From the NCBI GenBank assembly GCA_964608065.1, contig CAZSMA010000002.1:5887-29886 (forward strand): a DNA stretch of 24,000 nucleotides, read 5' to 3'. The stretch comes from an uncultured Methanosarcinales archaeon (GTDB lineage: Archaea > Nanobdellota > Nanobdellia > Woesearchaeales > CAYXTQ01). Below are positions 1 to 9,183 of this stretch, in pieces (the stretch's first letter is position 1; each line of letters begins with the position of its first letter). The position numbers and the translations under genes are program-made. The notes under the pieces are model-generated. The model did no database searches, was not told where the DNA came from, and was given only the letters and a program-made list of their open reading frames with translations.

Positions 1-498
1 ACAATTTCAGATATTGCCAGAGAGATGAGATTAAATAATGTTGAAATCGTGATACGCACAGACATTGATGCTGACCAGTTTATTGATGTTATTAAAAGTG
101 ACAGGATATACACCAAAGCTTTAACAGTAGTTACTAAAATTGATCTTATTAACAAAGAAAAACTAAATAAGATAATAAAAGATATTCACCCTGATGTGTT
201 AATTTCAGCTGAGAAAGATGTTGGAATTGAAGAGTTAAAAAAAAAAATTTATGACAAAATGAGATTTATAAGAATATTTCTCAAACAAATAAACAAAAAA
301 CCAGATTTAGAAGAACCCTTAACAATGTTTAGAGGTTGCACGATAAAGGATGTTTGTTCAAAGCTTCATAAAAACTTTGTAGATAATTTTAAATTTGCCA
401 GATTATGGGGAAAATCAGCAAAATTTGATGGTCAAACCTTTAGAAAGATGGATAAAGAATTATCTGACAACGACATATTGGAATTACATATAAACTAA
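1..498 (+). CDS. C-terminal part of a DRG/OBG-type GTPase with TGS domain (5' truncated by window)
   Basis: Frame is open from base 1; contains a TKIDL (NKxD-like) motif and a C-terminal TGS-like segment (PLTMFRGCTIKDVCSKLHKNFVDNFKFARLWGKSAKFDGQ...LSDNDILELHIN). Confidence 0.9.
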   Translation, partial: TISDIAREMRLNNVEIVIRTDIDADQFIDVIKSDRIYTKALTVVTKIDLINKEKLNKIIKDIHPDVLISAEKDVGIEELKKKIYDKMRFIRIFLKQINKKPDLEEPLTMFRGCTIKDVCSKLHKNFVDNFKFARLWGKSAKFDGQTFRKMDKELSDNDILELHIN

Positions 499-508
499 TT
501 TGAAGAAG

Positions 509-1411
509 TTACAACAAACTCTTTAAATATTCTTTAACATACTTAAAACCATTCTTCTTTGTTAATTTTTCAATTGCTTTCTGGAAATAAGAGCCGTACT
601 GAGCTGCTTTTTTTTTTCTCCAGCAGAAATCTTTGTCTAAGCCTAAGTCTTCTGCTGTTTCTCTTAAGATTATTTTTTTATCAGATTCATTAAGTTTATA
701 CATTGGATGGATGTTCATTGCAGCTTGGATTACATCTTTATCTAAGAAAGGTAGAAGTAAGTTAGTTTTAAGTGATTTTGATATAGGAACATCTCTTGTA
801 AAATCCCTATCCCACATTAATGATAATCCATTCCAGCATTCTTCATGGACATTTTCCCATTTTCCGTTATATGCTAACCAATGTCTTTCATAGCCTGCGA
901 ATATCTCTTCTGAACCTAATCCAGAGAATAATGATTTGATGTTGTCCTCTGCTGCTAGTTCTGAGGCTGCGTACACAACAGAACCAACACTTAGTTTGAC
1001 TGTACCTGTATCTTTTACAATTGAAGCAACTTTCTTTAGTAATGGTTCGATTTCTTCTACTGTGTAGATTTTTGTTCTTAATTTTAAATTAAGTTTATAT
1101 GCTACTTTTTGAGCATATTCTACATCAGGACTGTTTTTTAATCCAACATTGTAGCAAGTGAAGTTTTTGTCTAGTTTTTTGCAGATAAACGCTATTAATG
1201 TTGAGTCAATTCCTCCTGAGAATAATATTCCAAAGTTGTTTTTAGCTCTAAGTTCTATTGCTTTGGTTATTGTTTCTTTCAGAGTTCTTTTAGCCCTGTT
1301 CATGTTAGTTTCTAATTCTTCAAAATTGTTATGCAAGGATGAAATATAAGATTTCCATTTATCTTGAGGTATAAGTTCTCCTTTTATTGTTATTCCTGAT
1401 AGTTCTGTCAT
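509..1411 (-). CDS. Asparagine synthase-like (AsnB C-terminal domain) protein
   Basis: PP-loop FGILFSGGIDSTLIAF, GLGSEEIFAGYERH and LLPFLDKDVI motifs. The listed ORF begins at 1513 but MTELSGITIKG at 1411 is a more likely start. Confidence 0.85.
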   Translation of the reverse strand: MTELSGITIKGELIPQDKWKSYISSLHNNFEELETNMNRAKRTLKETITKAIELRAKNNFGILFSGGIDSTLIAFICKKLDKNFTCYNVGLKNSPDVEYAQKVAYKLNLKLRTKIYTVEEIEPLLKKVASIVKDTGTVKLSVGSVVYAASELAAEDNIKSLFSGLGSEEIFAGYERHWLAYNGKWENVHEECWNGLSLMWDRDFTRDVPISKSLKTNLLLPFLDKDVIQAAMNIHPMYKLNESDKKIILRETAEDLGLDKDFCWRKKKAAQYGSYFQKAIEKLTKKNGFKYVKEYLKSLL

Positions 1412-1609
1412 AATTTTTGGATAAAGATAGTTATTTATATAATTATTGGTAGAAACTATTAAATATGAGAAGTTAAAATTAAAGGTATAGGTGATATTTA
1501 TCATGAAAATCAAAGATTTTCAGGACACGAGGAAAACGAAGTTTTCCAGTGTACAGAAAATGCAAGGCATTTTCAAGTATGCCAAAAATCATGGAGGTGA
1601 TTTTTAAGC

Positions 1610-1852
1610 ATGGCAAAACAAGAAGCAAGCAAAGATGAACAAATTGGTTTTCATAAAGGTGCTTTATCAACTTTGGCAAAGGAAAGAGAAGAGATGATGA
1701 AGATACTGCAGATAGTTGAGCAGCTGATGCAGATGCATATCAAAGGTTTAAAGGATTTGGGTGTAGATTTAGAAGCTGCTGCGAAAGAAGCTCAGAAGAA
1801 AGGTAAAGAAACAAAGAAAAAAACAAAGCCAATTGATGATTTGTTAAGATAG
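1610..1852 (+). CDS. Small charged, coiled-coil-like protein of unknown function
   Basis: 80 aa ORF, preceded by GGAGGTGAT Shine-Dalgarno at about 1593-1601, head-to-tail with the next gene. Confidence 0.75.
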   Translation: MAKQEASKDEQIGFHKGALSTLAKEREEMMKILQIVEQLMQMHIKGLKDLGVDLEAAAKEAQKKGKETKKKTKPIDDLLR

Positions 1853-1854
1853 TC

Positions 1855-2241
1855 ATGAATTATTCTTTTAATGCTTATGGACATGAGAATATTCTAAGTA
1901 GTCATCAGAATACTTTAGAGTTTACTAAGGATGAAGATTTAACTCTTAAAGGTAACTGTATTGTTGGTGTAAAAGCTGATTTTGAATTGGATAAATTAAG
2001 AGGATTCGTAAAAAAAATAAAAATTAAAATAAAAGTTGGTGATCTACAGGAAGAAGTTACTGCTGAAGTCAATCCTGGGTTTAATGATGATAAAGAGATG
2101 GTCATAAGAAGAAGTGATTTTGTTGATAAAAGGACTTTTGCTATAAATGCTGATAAAAGCAGTTTTGATTTGGATAGAAATTTAGTTGATAAGTTGAAGG
2201 ATAAAAATATTAAGGTAAGTGTTGAGATTATTGAAGAATGA
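1855..2241 (+). CDS. DUF371-like archaeal conserved protein
   Basis: 128 aa; YGHENILSSHQNTLEFTKDEDLTLKGNCIVGVKAD resembles archaeal DUF371 proteins. Confidence 0.75.
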   Translation: MNYSFNAYGHENILSSHQNTLEFTKDEDLTLKGNCIVGVKADFELDKLRGFVKKIKIKIKVGDLQEEVTAEVNPGFNDDKEMVIRRSDFVDKRTFAINADKSSFDLDRNLVDKLKDKNIKVSVEIIEE

Positions 2242-2504
2242 TAATTAGGCTTATTATTTCAGGAAGAGTGCAAGGTGTTTTCTTCAGAGCAAATACTAAG
2301 GAAGTAGCTGATAAATTAGGAATAAAAGGTTATGTCAGGAATACTGGAGATAGTTGTGTAGAAGTTATTGCAATTGGTGATGAAGATGATGTTAAAGAGT
2401 TTATTGAATTCTGTAAGAAAGGTCCTAGTATTGCAAGGGTTGATGATGTAAAGATAGATCATCCTGATTCTGTAGAAGAATTTAATGGTTTTGAAATTCG
2501 TTAG
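2238..2504 (+). CDS. acyP: Acylphosphatase
   Basis: GRVQGVFFRANTKEVADKLGIKGYVRNTGDSCVEVIAIGD motif; ATGA overlap with upstream gene. Confidence 0.93.
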   Translation: MIIRLIISGRVQGVFFRANTKEVADKLGIKGYVRNTGDSCVEVIAIGDEDDVKEFIEFCKKGPSIARVDDVKIDHPDSVEEFNGFEIR

Positions 2505-3577
2505 AACTCTGTAAGTTTTTTTGTTGTAGAGCCGTATTTGATTATAGAAGTGTTGCCTGCTTTTCCGCCTTCTGTTTTGCTTACTGTAATGAATTTGTCT
2601 TCTTCTAATTTAGAGATTTTCCTCTGGAAAGTTCTGTAAGCAGATTCACCGCCTGCTTCACTGTATATCTTATGCAAATCTCCAATCTTTTTTCCATCAT
2701 TGTTTTTTACAAGTTTTAGTATAAATCTTAGATCACTGTCTATTTCGCTATCACTTTTGACACTGAATTCATCTAGTTTGCTTAATGCTGATTTTGCATG
2801 TTCTAAAGTGATTTTTCTGCTGCTTTTATCTTCTGCAATCTGTGCTGCTTCTCTCATCAAATGCAGGCCGCACCTTATGTCTTTTAATTCAAATGTTTTT
2901 TCTGCTAAGAAATTGAAGGTTTCTTGTTCTAGAACATTAGGAAAGAAAGCATATTCAACTCTTTGTCTTAAAATTTCTTTTGTTTCATTTGCATTATAAG
3001 GCTTGAATTCTAAAGTTGTTGGAGTTAATCTTGATCTTATTCTTTGCTCTAAAGTTAAAAGCCATTCTTTATAGTTAGTTATCATGATTATTGTTTTTCT
3101 GTAGATATCTTCCAAAATGCTGTAAAGAAAATCAAAGTCTTCCATCTTGTCTATTTCATCAAAGACGAATACTGTCTGTTTTTTATTCAGGTATTCTTTT
3201 ATTATCTTGGAAAGCTCTTCTGTTTTTTTATTATGCGTTAATTTATAGCCTATGATATCGCAGATTCCCAGTACAATTTTGTAAGTAGTGTTTTTTTGCC
3301 AGCAGTTAATGTAGATTGTGTTGATTTCATCTGTTTCTTCTTCTAATTCTTGTAAGACGTGTTTGCAAGCAACTGTTTTTCCTACTCCTGGCTCTCCGTG
3401 GATGAATATGTTTTTGCCGTTTCTCTGCTGGCATAAAGGTTTAATACAAGAAGCAATTATCTTCTGGTGTGTTTCCCTGAAAGGAATTAATTTTGGCTGG
3501 AAATCAAAGTTTAGAGCTACCTCATTCTTAAACAAAGATTCTTCACTGCCTAACATATTTTTGAATAATTCCCCCAT
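2501..3577 (-). CDS. cdc6: Orc1/Cdc6 replication initiator ATPase
   Basis: Walker A HGEPGVGKTVACKHVL, Walker B TVFVFDEIDKM, C-terminal winged-helix-like segment. Confidence 0.93.
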   Translation of the reverse strand: MGELFKNMLGSEESLFKNEVALNFDFQPKLIPFRETHQKIIASCIKPLCQQRNGKNIFIHGEPGVGKTVACKHVLQELEEETDEINTIYINCWQKNTTYKIVLGICDIIGYKLTHNKKTEELSKIIKEYLNKKQTVFVFDEIDKMEDFDFLYSILEDIYRKTIIMITNYKEWLLTLEQRIRSRLTPTTLEFKPYNANETKEILRQRVEYAFFPNVLEQETFNFLAEKTFELKDIRCGLHLMREAAQIAEDKSSRKITLEHAKSALSKLDEFSVKSDSEIDSDLRFILKLVKNNDGKKIGDLHKIYSEAGGESAYRTFQRKISKLEEDKFITVSKTEGGKAGNTSIIKYGSTTKKLTEF

Positions 3578-3660
3578 ATTAAGAGTAGAATAAATAGGGG
3601 TTTAAATATTTTGTTCTTTAATCGATGATTTTATAAAAACTTGTTGTCATTATTTTTCAT

Positions 3661-4431
3661 ATGAAGTTTATAAAAAGGTTCATAGGCTATATAGTAATAA
3701 GTTTTGTAATTGCGTATTTTATTGGAGGTTTGCTGATATATCTTAATCAGCACAAAGAAGTTTATTATCCTGATGAAAGTGATTTTTATTCTTGTGATGG
3801 TTTTGAAGATATAGAGAAAATAGAGCATAAAGGGACCAGGATGTATTATAAGGAAAATTCAGATAAGTTAGTGATATATTATCATTCTAATAGCGGCAGT
3901 GCATGTGATGATGCTTTTTTGAAGGATGTTTTTAAGGATTATTCGTATATTTTTGTAGAATATAGAGGGTATGCTAATGATGACAGAAGGCCAAGCAAGA
4001 ATTTGATATTAAAGGATGTTGAGAATGTAAATGATTTTATTAAAACTATAGATTATTCAAAATTGGTTATTGGAGGCTATAGTTTGGGAACAGGACCTGC
4101 TTCTTACCATACAATGCTGGCAGAAGTGGACAGTATTTTTTTATTAGCACCTTATAAAAGTGTTGCTGATTTGGCAAAGAGAAGGGCAAAGTTTTATCCT
4201 ATATCTATTATTTTAACAGAGAATTATGACAATGAATTATATCTGAAAGATTATAAAGGAGAATTAATGATAATACATGGAACAGAAGATGTTAGGATTC
4301 CTATTGAGTTTGGAATGCAGTTGTTTGATTCTGTACATAGTGAGAATAAGGAATTTGTAGAAGTTAAAGCAGGTCATGGAGATGTTTTTGATAATAAAGA
4401 AGTATTAGATAAGATTAAAGGTTTTATTTGA
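3661..4431 (+). CDS. Membrane-anchored alpha/beta hydrolase
   Basis: N-terminal TM segment; YSLGTGPA nucleophile elbow (GGYSLGTG), YHSNSG and late catalytic GHGD. Confidence 0.88.
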   Translation: MKFIKRFIGYIVISFVIAYFIGGLLIYLNQHKEVYYPDESDFYSCDGFEDIEKIEHKGTRMYYKENSDKLVIYYHSNSGSACDDAFLKDVFKDYSYIFVEYRGYANDDRRPSKNLILKDVENVNDFIKTIDYSKLVIGGYSLGTGPASYHTMLAEVDSIFLLAPYKSVADLAKRRAKFYPISIILTENYDNELYLKDYKGELMIIHGTEDVRIPIEFGMQLFDSVHSENKEFVEVKAGHGDVFDNKEVLDKIKGFI

Positions 4432-4433
4432 TT

Positions 4434-4748
4434 TTATCTTCTTAGTGCTTGTCCGCATCTGCTACAGAAATTGTCAGAAACCCGTATTATATTTCTGCAA
4501 TGGGGGCAGTATTTTGTATAAGAGTTCTGTTTAGGAATAGGTTGTTTATGGAATGTTTTTGGGTGTTGTTTTATTGGTTTTTCTTTTTTCTTTGAAAGAC
4601 TGCTAATAAATAGTTTTACTATCCCTATAAATCCAAATAAAAATCCGATGTAAATGAATAGTTTTAATGCTTCATTTTTAGAGAAATAAGAGACTAGTGA
4701 GACAAAGATTCCTATTATTAAATAGACAAAGCCGTGGATTTTAGCCAT
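4434..4748 (-). CDS. Small membrane protein with C-terminal zinc ribbon
   Basis: Two hydrophobic segments and CPHCRNIIRVSDNFCSRCGQALRR. Confidence 0.8.
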   Translation of the reverse strand: MAKIHGFVYLIIGIFVSLVSYFSKNEALKLFIYIGFLFGFIGIVKLFISSLSKKKEKPIKQHPKTFHKQPIPKQNSYTKYCPHCRNIIRVSDNFCSRCGQALRR

Positions 4749-6018
4749 TTTTTAACACTTTTATTCTGTTCATGTATGGTTGCAAAACAAGTGGGACTTT
4801 AATAGAGCCGTCTTTTTGCTGGTAGTTTTCAATAATAGCTCTTAATGTTCTTCCAGTTGCAATTGCTGTGCTGTTTAATGTATGTGCATATTCTTTATCA
4901 GCACCTTTTCTGATCTTGATTCCTAATCTTACTGCCTGATACGCTGTGCAGTTAGAGCAGCTTACAACTTCTTTGTAAGCTTTTTCACGCGGCATATAGA
5001 CTTCCAGATCATATTTCTTAGCTGCAACTGCTCCAATATCACCAGTGCATACATTTACAATCCTATAAGGCAGCTTTAATTTTTTATATATCTCTTCAGA
5101 ATTTTTGATTAATTCTTCATGCAGTTTCCAGGAATCTTCTGGTTTGCATAAGATGAATTGCTCAACTTTGTTGAATTGGTGGACCCTGAATAATCCGCGT
5201 TCATCAACACCATGACTTCCTATTTCTTTTCTAAAGCAAGTGCTGAGTCCAACAAATTTTAAAGGAAGCGTATCTTCATTTAGTGTTTTATCCATGAATA
5301 ACGCTGCCATTGAATGTTCAGAAGTTGCAATCAAGTATAGATCTTCATTCTCAATCTTATACATCATTGTTTCAAAATCAGCTAAATCTGTAACTCCTTC
5401 ATATGGCCTGCGTCTTAACATCAATGGAACTTCAACTAATTGATATTTTTTTTTTAACAGGTGGTCAATAGCAAATCTTTGCAATGCTAATTCCATCAGA
5501 GCTAGTTCGTTGAACAAATAGTTGAATCCTTTTCCAGAAACCTTAGAAGCTGTTTCAAAGTCTGCTAATCCTAGTTTTTGTATTAGTTCTCCATGTGCTT
5601 CAAGTTTGAACTTAGGATTGGTAATTGTTCCTTGTTTTCTTATAACTTTATTATCAGTATCATCTTTGCCTGTTGGAACTGATTTATGCAGAATGTTAGG
5701 CAATCTCATTAAGTAGAATTTTATTTTTTTTCTTAGTTTTAGTAAATTTTCTTCTTTGTTTTTGAGAACAGCAGGTAGTTCTCTTGCTTCATCTATTTTT
5801 TTTTTTATGTCTTTTCCCTGCTTTTTTAACTGGTTAATTTCATTTGCAATTGTGTTGTTTTTATGTCTAAGCTTTTCCACTTCCTGCAGTAAAGTCCTGT
5901 ATTGGCTATCAGATTCTAACAAATCATCCAGCCATTGCAGTTTTTCTTTATCTCCTCTTTTAACTAAGTCTTTCTTTACTATATCTGGATTTTCTCTTAT
6001 GAATTTTATGTCTAACAT
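4741..6018 (-). CDS. serS: Seryl-tRNA synthetase
   Basis: Class II aaRS; N-terminal coiled coil, TSEHSMAALF, FRKEIGSHGVDERGLFRVHQFNKVEQF and NSTAIATGRTLRAIIENYQ motifs. Confidence 0.96.
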   Translation of the reverse strand: MLDIKFIRENPDIVKKDLVKRGDKEKLQWLDDLLESDSQYRTLLQEVEKLRHKNNTIANEINQLKKQGKDIKKKIDEARELPAVLKNKEENLLKLRKKIKFYLMRLPNILHKSVPTGKDDTDNKVIRKQGTITNPKFKLEAHGELIQKLGLADFETASKVSGKGFNYLFNELALMELALQRFAIDHLLKKKYQLVEVPLMLRRRPYEGVTDLADFETMMYKIENEDLYLIATSEHSMAALFMDKTLNEDTLPLKFVGLSTCFRKEIGSHGVDERGLFRVHQFNKVEQFILCKPEDSWKLHEELIKNSEEIYKKLKLPYRIVNVCTGDIGAVAAKKYDLEVYMPREKAYKEVVSCSNCTAYQAVRLGIKIRKGADKEYAHTLNSTAIATGRTLRAIIENYQQKDGSIKVPLVLQPYMNRIKVLKNG

Positions 6019-6068
6019 TATGAATTTGATTCTTGAAGTAGATATATAAAAGTTTTGTTTTTTATTTT

Positions 6069-6665
6069 TTATTTTATATCTGATTTTGCTTCATCAATGA
6101 ATATCCATTCATCTAACCAGTCTTTTTTCATAAATCCTTTTTCCATGTTTATGAAAGGCAAGTAATTGTGTAAAAATCTTATTGGAGTGTGTAATCTGCA
6201 GGTTGTTACATCCTCTACACTATCTTTACCTAGTTTTTCTTTTATGTCTGGAATAATCTTGCCGTTAAATTCATCAACTAAGTCTGATTCTGTTTTTGCA
6301 TCTAAAATAAAACACATTGCTAATTGGCCTTCTTTTTCTCCAAGATAAGACCAGCTTATGTACTGGGCATTAAATTCTCTTAAATTTTTGTCATATTCTA
6401 ATGTTTGCAGATATTGTTCTTTTGTTATGCCTTCTTTTAATCTAACTATATATAACTGTTTTGTGTTAAAAAATTTTGTTCCATGTTCTCCTGTATCAAA
6501 AGAAGTATAATATCTTAGAAAACCGCTTGCTTCTAGTTTTTTTCTTTTTCTGTTAACACTCATCACAGGTATTTTTGTGTTTTTAGATATTTTATTATCT
6601 GATATTCTTGGATTTTTTATTAGTTCTCTAATGATTTTCACATCATCTGGTTTCAATTTTATCAT
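6069..6665 (-). CDS. Lrp/AsnC-type winged-helix transcriptional regulator
   Basis: IIRELIKNPRISDNKISKNTKIPVMSVNRKRKKLEASGFLRYYTSF helix-turn-helix typical of the family. Confidence 0.8.
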   Translation of the reverse strand: MIKLKPDDVKIIRELIKNPRISDNKISKNTKIPVMSVNRKRKKLEASGFLRYYTSFDTGEHGTKFFNTKQLYIVRLKEGITKEQYLQTLEYDKNLREFNAQYISWSYLGEKEGQLAMCFILDAKTESDLVDEFNGKIIPDIKEKLGKDSVEDVTTCRLHTPIRFLHNYLPFINMEKGFMKKDWLDEWIFIDEAKSDIK

Positions 6666-6735
6666 TTTATCACCATTTTTGGTATATTTGTAACATAAAA
6701 TATGAATAAAGTATATAAAGGTTATTGTAATTGTA

Positions 6736-7317
6736 ATGATTACAATGGGTCAGAAGCCTTCTGAAATTACAATGTATCCCCCTTATTTATTTGATTTGTT
6801 TTTAGGTAATTTTCCTATTACCCCGAAGTTAACTAAGATTATTAATGCTAAAGATGGTTATTATATATCTTCTAAACCTATCTCAAAAATACATAATATC
6901 TCTGAGTTTATGGAGAATCCTTATTCTAGGAATTTATCTAATCATATTTTAACTAAAGAACAGATAGGATCTATTATTGAAGATGAAAAAAATAGTGTTG
7001 AAGATATTATAAGAAAGTTATTTGGACATTATAGGGTTAGGAAAATTGATGAAGGAGTTAAATGGAAAAAATTAGAAGGTCATGATGCTGAGTTTAGTGA
7101 TGTTGGTGATGGGGTATATGCTGTTTGTAAACTTAAGTGTAAAGAAGGTGATTATGCAATATTATCAATTTATATGAATGGATGTAACCAACATTTATTA
7201 ACATTGCATAATTTTGTAGTTGTTAAGAAAGATGATAAAGGTAATTTAATACAATTATTAAAAGAAAATTTTGAATCAAATTTAAGGGGGGGAAAGAGTC
7301 CGTCATCCACCAACTAA
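6736..7317 (+). CDS. Hypothetical protein
   Basis: 193 aa ORF with intact codon use; no family recognised. Confidence 0.65.
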   Translation: MITMGQKPSEITMYPPYLFDLFLGNFPITPKLTKIINAKDGYYISSKPISKIHNISEFMENPYSRNLSNHILTKEQIGSIIEDEKNSVEDIIRKLFGHYRVRKIDEGVKWKKLEGHDAEFSDVGDGVYAVCKLKCKEGDYAILSIYMNGCNQHLLTLHNFVVVKKDDKGNLIQLLKENFESNLRGGKSPSSTN

Positions 7318-9144
7318 CTTAATCTTCTCACCCATTCTTAAGGCATTGTCAATGATTCTTCCTATTTTGTTTTTCTTGCTTATGCTTATTGTTCCTGCTT
7401 TGCCAACTTTTACAGTTAGTAAATAATCATCATCAATATAAATTTTTATATCTTTGTATTGGTATTTTGCGTTAAGGTAGAAGACAATATTGTTGCCTTT
7501 AATCTTGCTGTTAAACTCTAATTCATTGTTTTCTTCTTTTTCTTCTTCTTTTGTTTCTTTTAGTTCTTCTATATCAATGCTTATACCTATTTCTTTTTCA
7601 ATTCTTTCAATGTTGCTGCCTTGTTTCCCTATTATCCTGCTTATGTATTCAGCAGGGACATAGACACGAGCTTTGTTATCAGACAGCATCTCTACTTCAG
7701 CATTATCTGAATATTTTTTAAAGCGTTCTTTGATGTGTTTTTCAGCTAATTCGTGAGAGGGTGTTTTTTTTGATTCAAGAACAGGGATTACAACTGTTTC
7801 TTCACCATAACTATATAGTTCATATTCTAATTTTTTTGTTTCAAAGTCATTGACAACTACAACTGGACGAGCTAGATCAGCTTCTGTCATTCCTGAAGGA
7901 ACTTTGACAGTCATGTTAAGGCTTAGAACTTTCTCTATCTGGCCGTTTTTTATGAAGATGACTGTATCAATAACTTGAGGAATAACACCTAATTCAATCC
8001 TGCCAATAAATCTCTGTATAGCATCTATTGGATTTGTAGCATGGACAACTCCTGCCAATCCAATGCCTGATAATCTTAAGTCTGCGAATAATCTGAAATC
8101 ATTAGTGTTACGCATTTCATCAAAAATTGTATTATCAGGCCTAGATAATAATAATATATCATGGATTTCTTGAGCATCAGCATGGCTTATAGCATATTGT
8201 GTTACATTTTCTGGCAGAACTAAGTCTCTAGGAGCTTCAACCGTCTTTACAATCCTGCCCTTAGAAGCATAATATTCTGCTAAGGCCTGTGCAAATGTTG
8301 ATTTTCCATGACCTGGTGCACCAGCTATTAATATCCCTTCTGCTTGTTCTGCAATTCTATTGTGTAGCTTCTCACTTAAGTTATAATCATCAAGACTTAA
8401 TCTTTTAACAGGTCTTACTGCAGTTATTTCCCAACCATCTGATAATGGGGGTTTAGTAATTACAATCCTGAAAGTGCCTAATTGTACAATAGTTGAGCCT
8501 GGGCGTTCAATTTCAATAAACCCATCTCTTCTTATGCCTGCTTCTTCAATTATTTCCCTAGATACATCTTCAATATGTTCCCTAGTTAATATTTTATTAT
8601 TTATGGCAGTAAATGTCCAGTTGCCTGGAAATCCCTTTTTAGCATAAGGCAGAACATTTTCTCTGAGATGGACAGACATAGTCTCTTTATCAAAATAGCT
8701 TTCTAGCTTTAGTTTTTTGACTAACATCTCTAATTTTTCAAATATAAGTTTCATGCCTTTTACCCGAGCAACCTTGGCTTGTGTTTTGTCTGCTGTAAAT
8801 AAAGTTGCATCTTCTTCATAAGCTAAGTCTCTTATGACAGCATCTATTTCCCCTAGTTTAGCGTATTTTATCTCTGTGTAAGATGGGCGCTTTCCAGAGA
8901 ACTCAAGTTTAAAACCCAATTCATCTGAAAGTTCTTTTATTTTATTTAATTCATCTAATCCTAAGAATCCTAAAGCTTTGTTCAAGTTAACCTGATGTTC
9001 AAGTTCTGCAAGGACTGCTTCATGTATTATTACTGTTTCTGGGATAATTTTTTTATTTTTTATTCTTTTAGAAACTAAACCTTCAATTATAACTGAAGTG
9101 TCTGGAACGAGTTTTTCAATTTTTTCTGTATTTTTTTTCATCAT
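7303..9144 (-). CDS. PIN domain - PilT/VirB11-like ATPase - KH domain protein
   Basis: PIN-like VPDTSVIIEGLVS..DAVIRDLAYEEDATLFTADKTQAKVA, Walker A GAPGHGKSTFAQALA, ATPase core, and KH motif VPAEYISRIIGKQGSNIERIEKEIGISIDIEEL. Confidence 0.93.
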   Translation of the reverse strand: MMKKNTEKIEKLVPDTSVIIEGLVSKRIKNKKIIPETVIIHEAVLAELEHQVNLNKALGFLGLDELNKIKELSDELGFKLEFSGKRPSYTEIKYAKLGEIDAVIRDLAYEEDATLFTADKTQAKVARVKGMKLIFEKLEMLVKKLKLESYFDKETMSVHLRENVLPYAKKGFPGNWTFTAINNKILTREHIEDVSREIIEEAGIRRDGFIEIERPGSTIVQLGTFRIVITKPPLSDGWEITAVRPVKRLSLDDYNLSEKLHNRIAEQAEGILIAGAPGHGKSTFAQALAEYYASKGRIVKTVEAPRDLVLPENVTQYAISHADAQEIHDILLLSRPDNTIFDEMRNTNDFRLFADLRLSGIGLAGVVHATNPIDAIQRFIGRIELGVIPQVIDTVIFIKNGQIEKVLSLNMTVKVPSGMTEADLARPVVVVNDFETKKLEYELYSYGEETVVIPVLESKKTPSHELAEKHIKERFKKYSDNAEVEMLSDNKARVYVPAEYISRIIGKQGSNIERIEKEIGISIDIEELKETKEEEKEENNELEFNSKIKGNNIVFYLNAKYQYKDIKIYIDDDYLLTVKVGKAGTISISKKNKIGRIIDNALRMGEKIKLVGG

Positions 9145-9183
9145 TTTAATTGATTTATTTAGTTAAGATATATTTAATACTTT

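Noticed and set aside
633-893. Small antisense ORFs over annotated genes (e.g. 633..893, 1158..1349, 5240..5716, 5756..6049, 10032..10843, 17288..18892)
   Set aside because: They are shadows of well-supported coding regions on the other strand with Ser/Leu/Phe-rich translations.
3600-3828. ORF 3631..3828 (-)
   Set aside because: AT-rich, low-complexity, overlaps the promoter and start of the hydrolase gene; no support.
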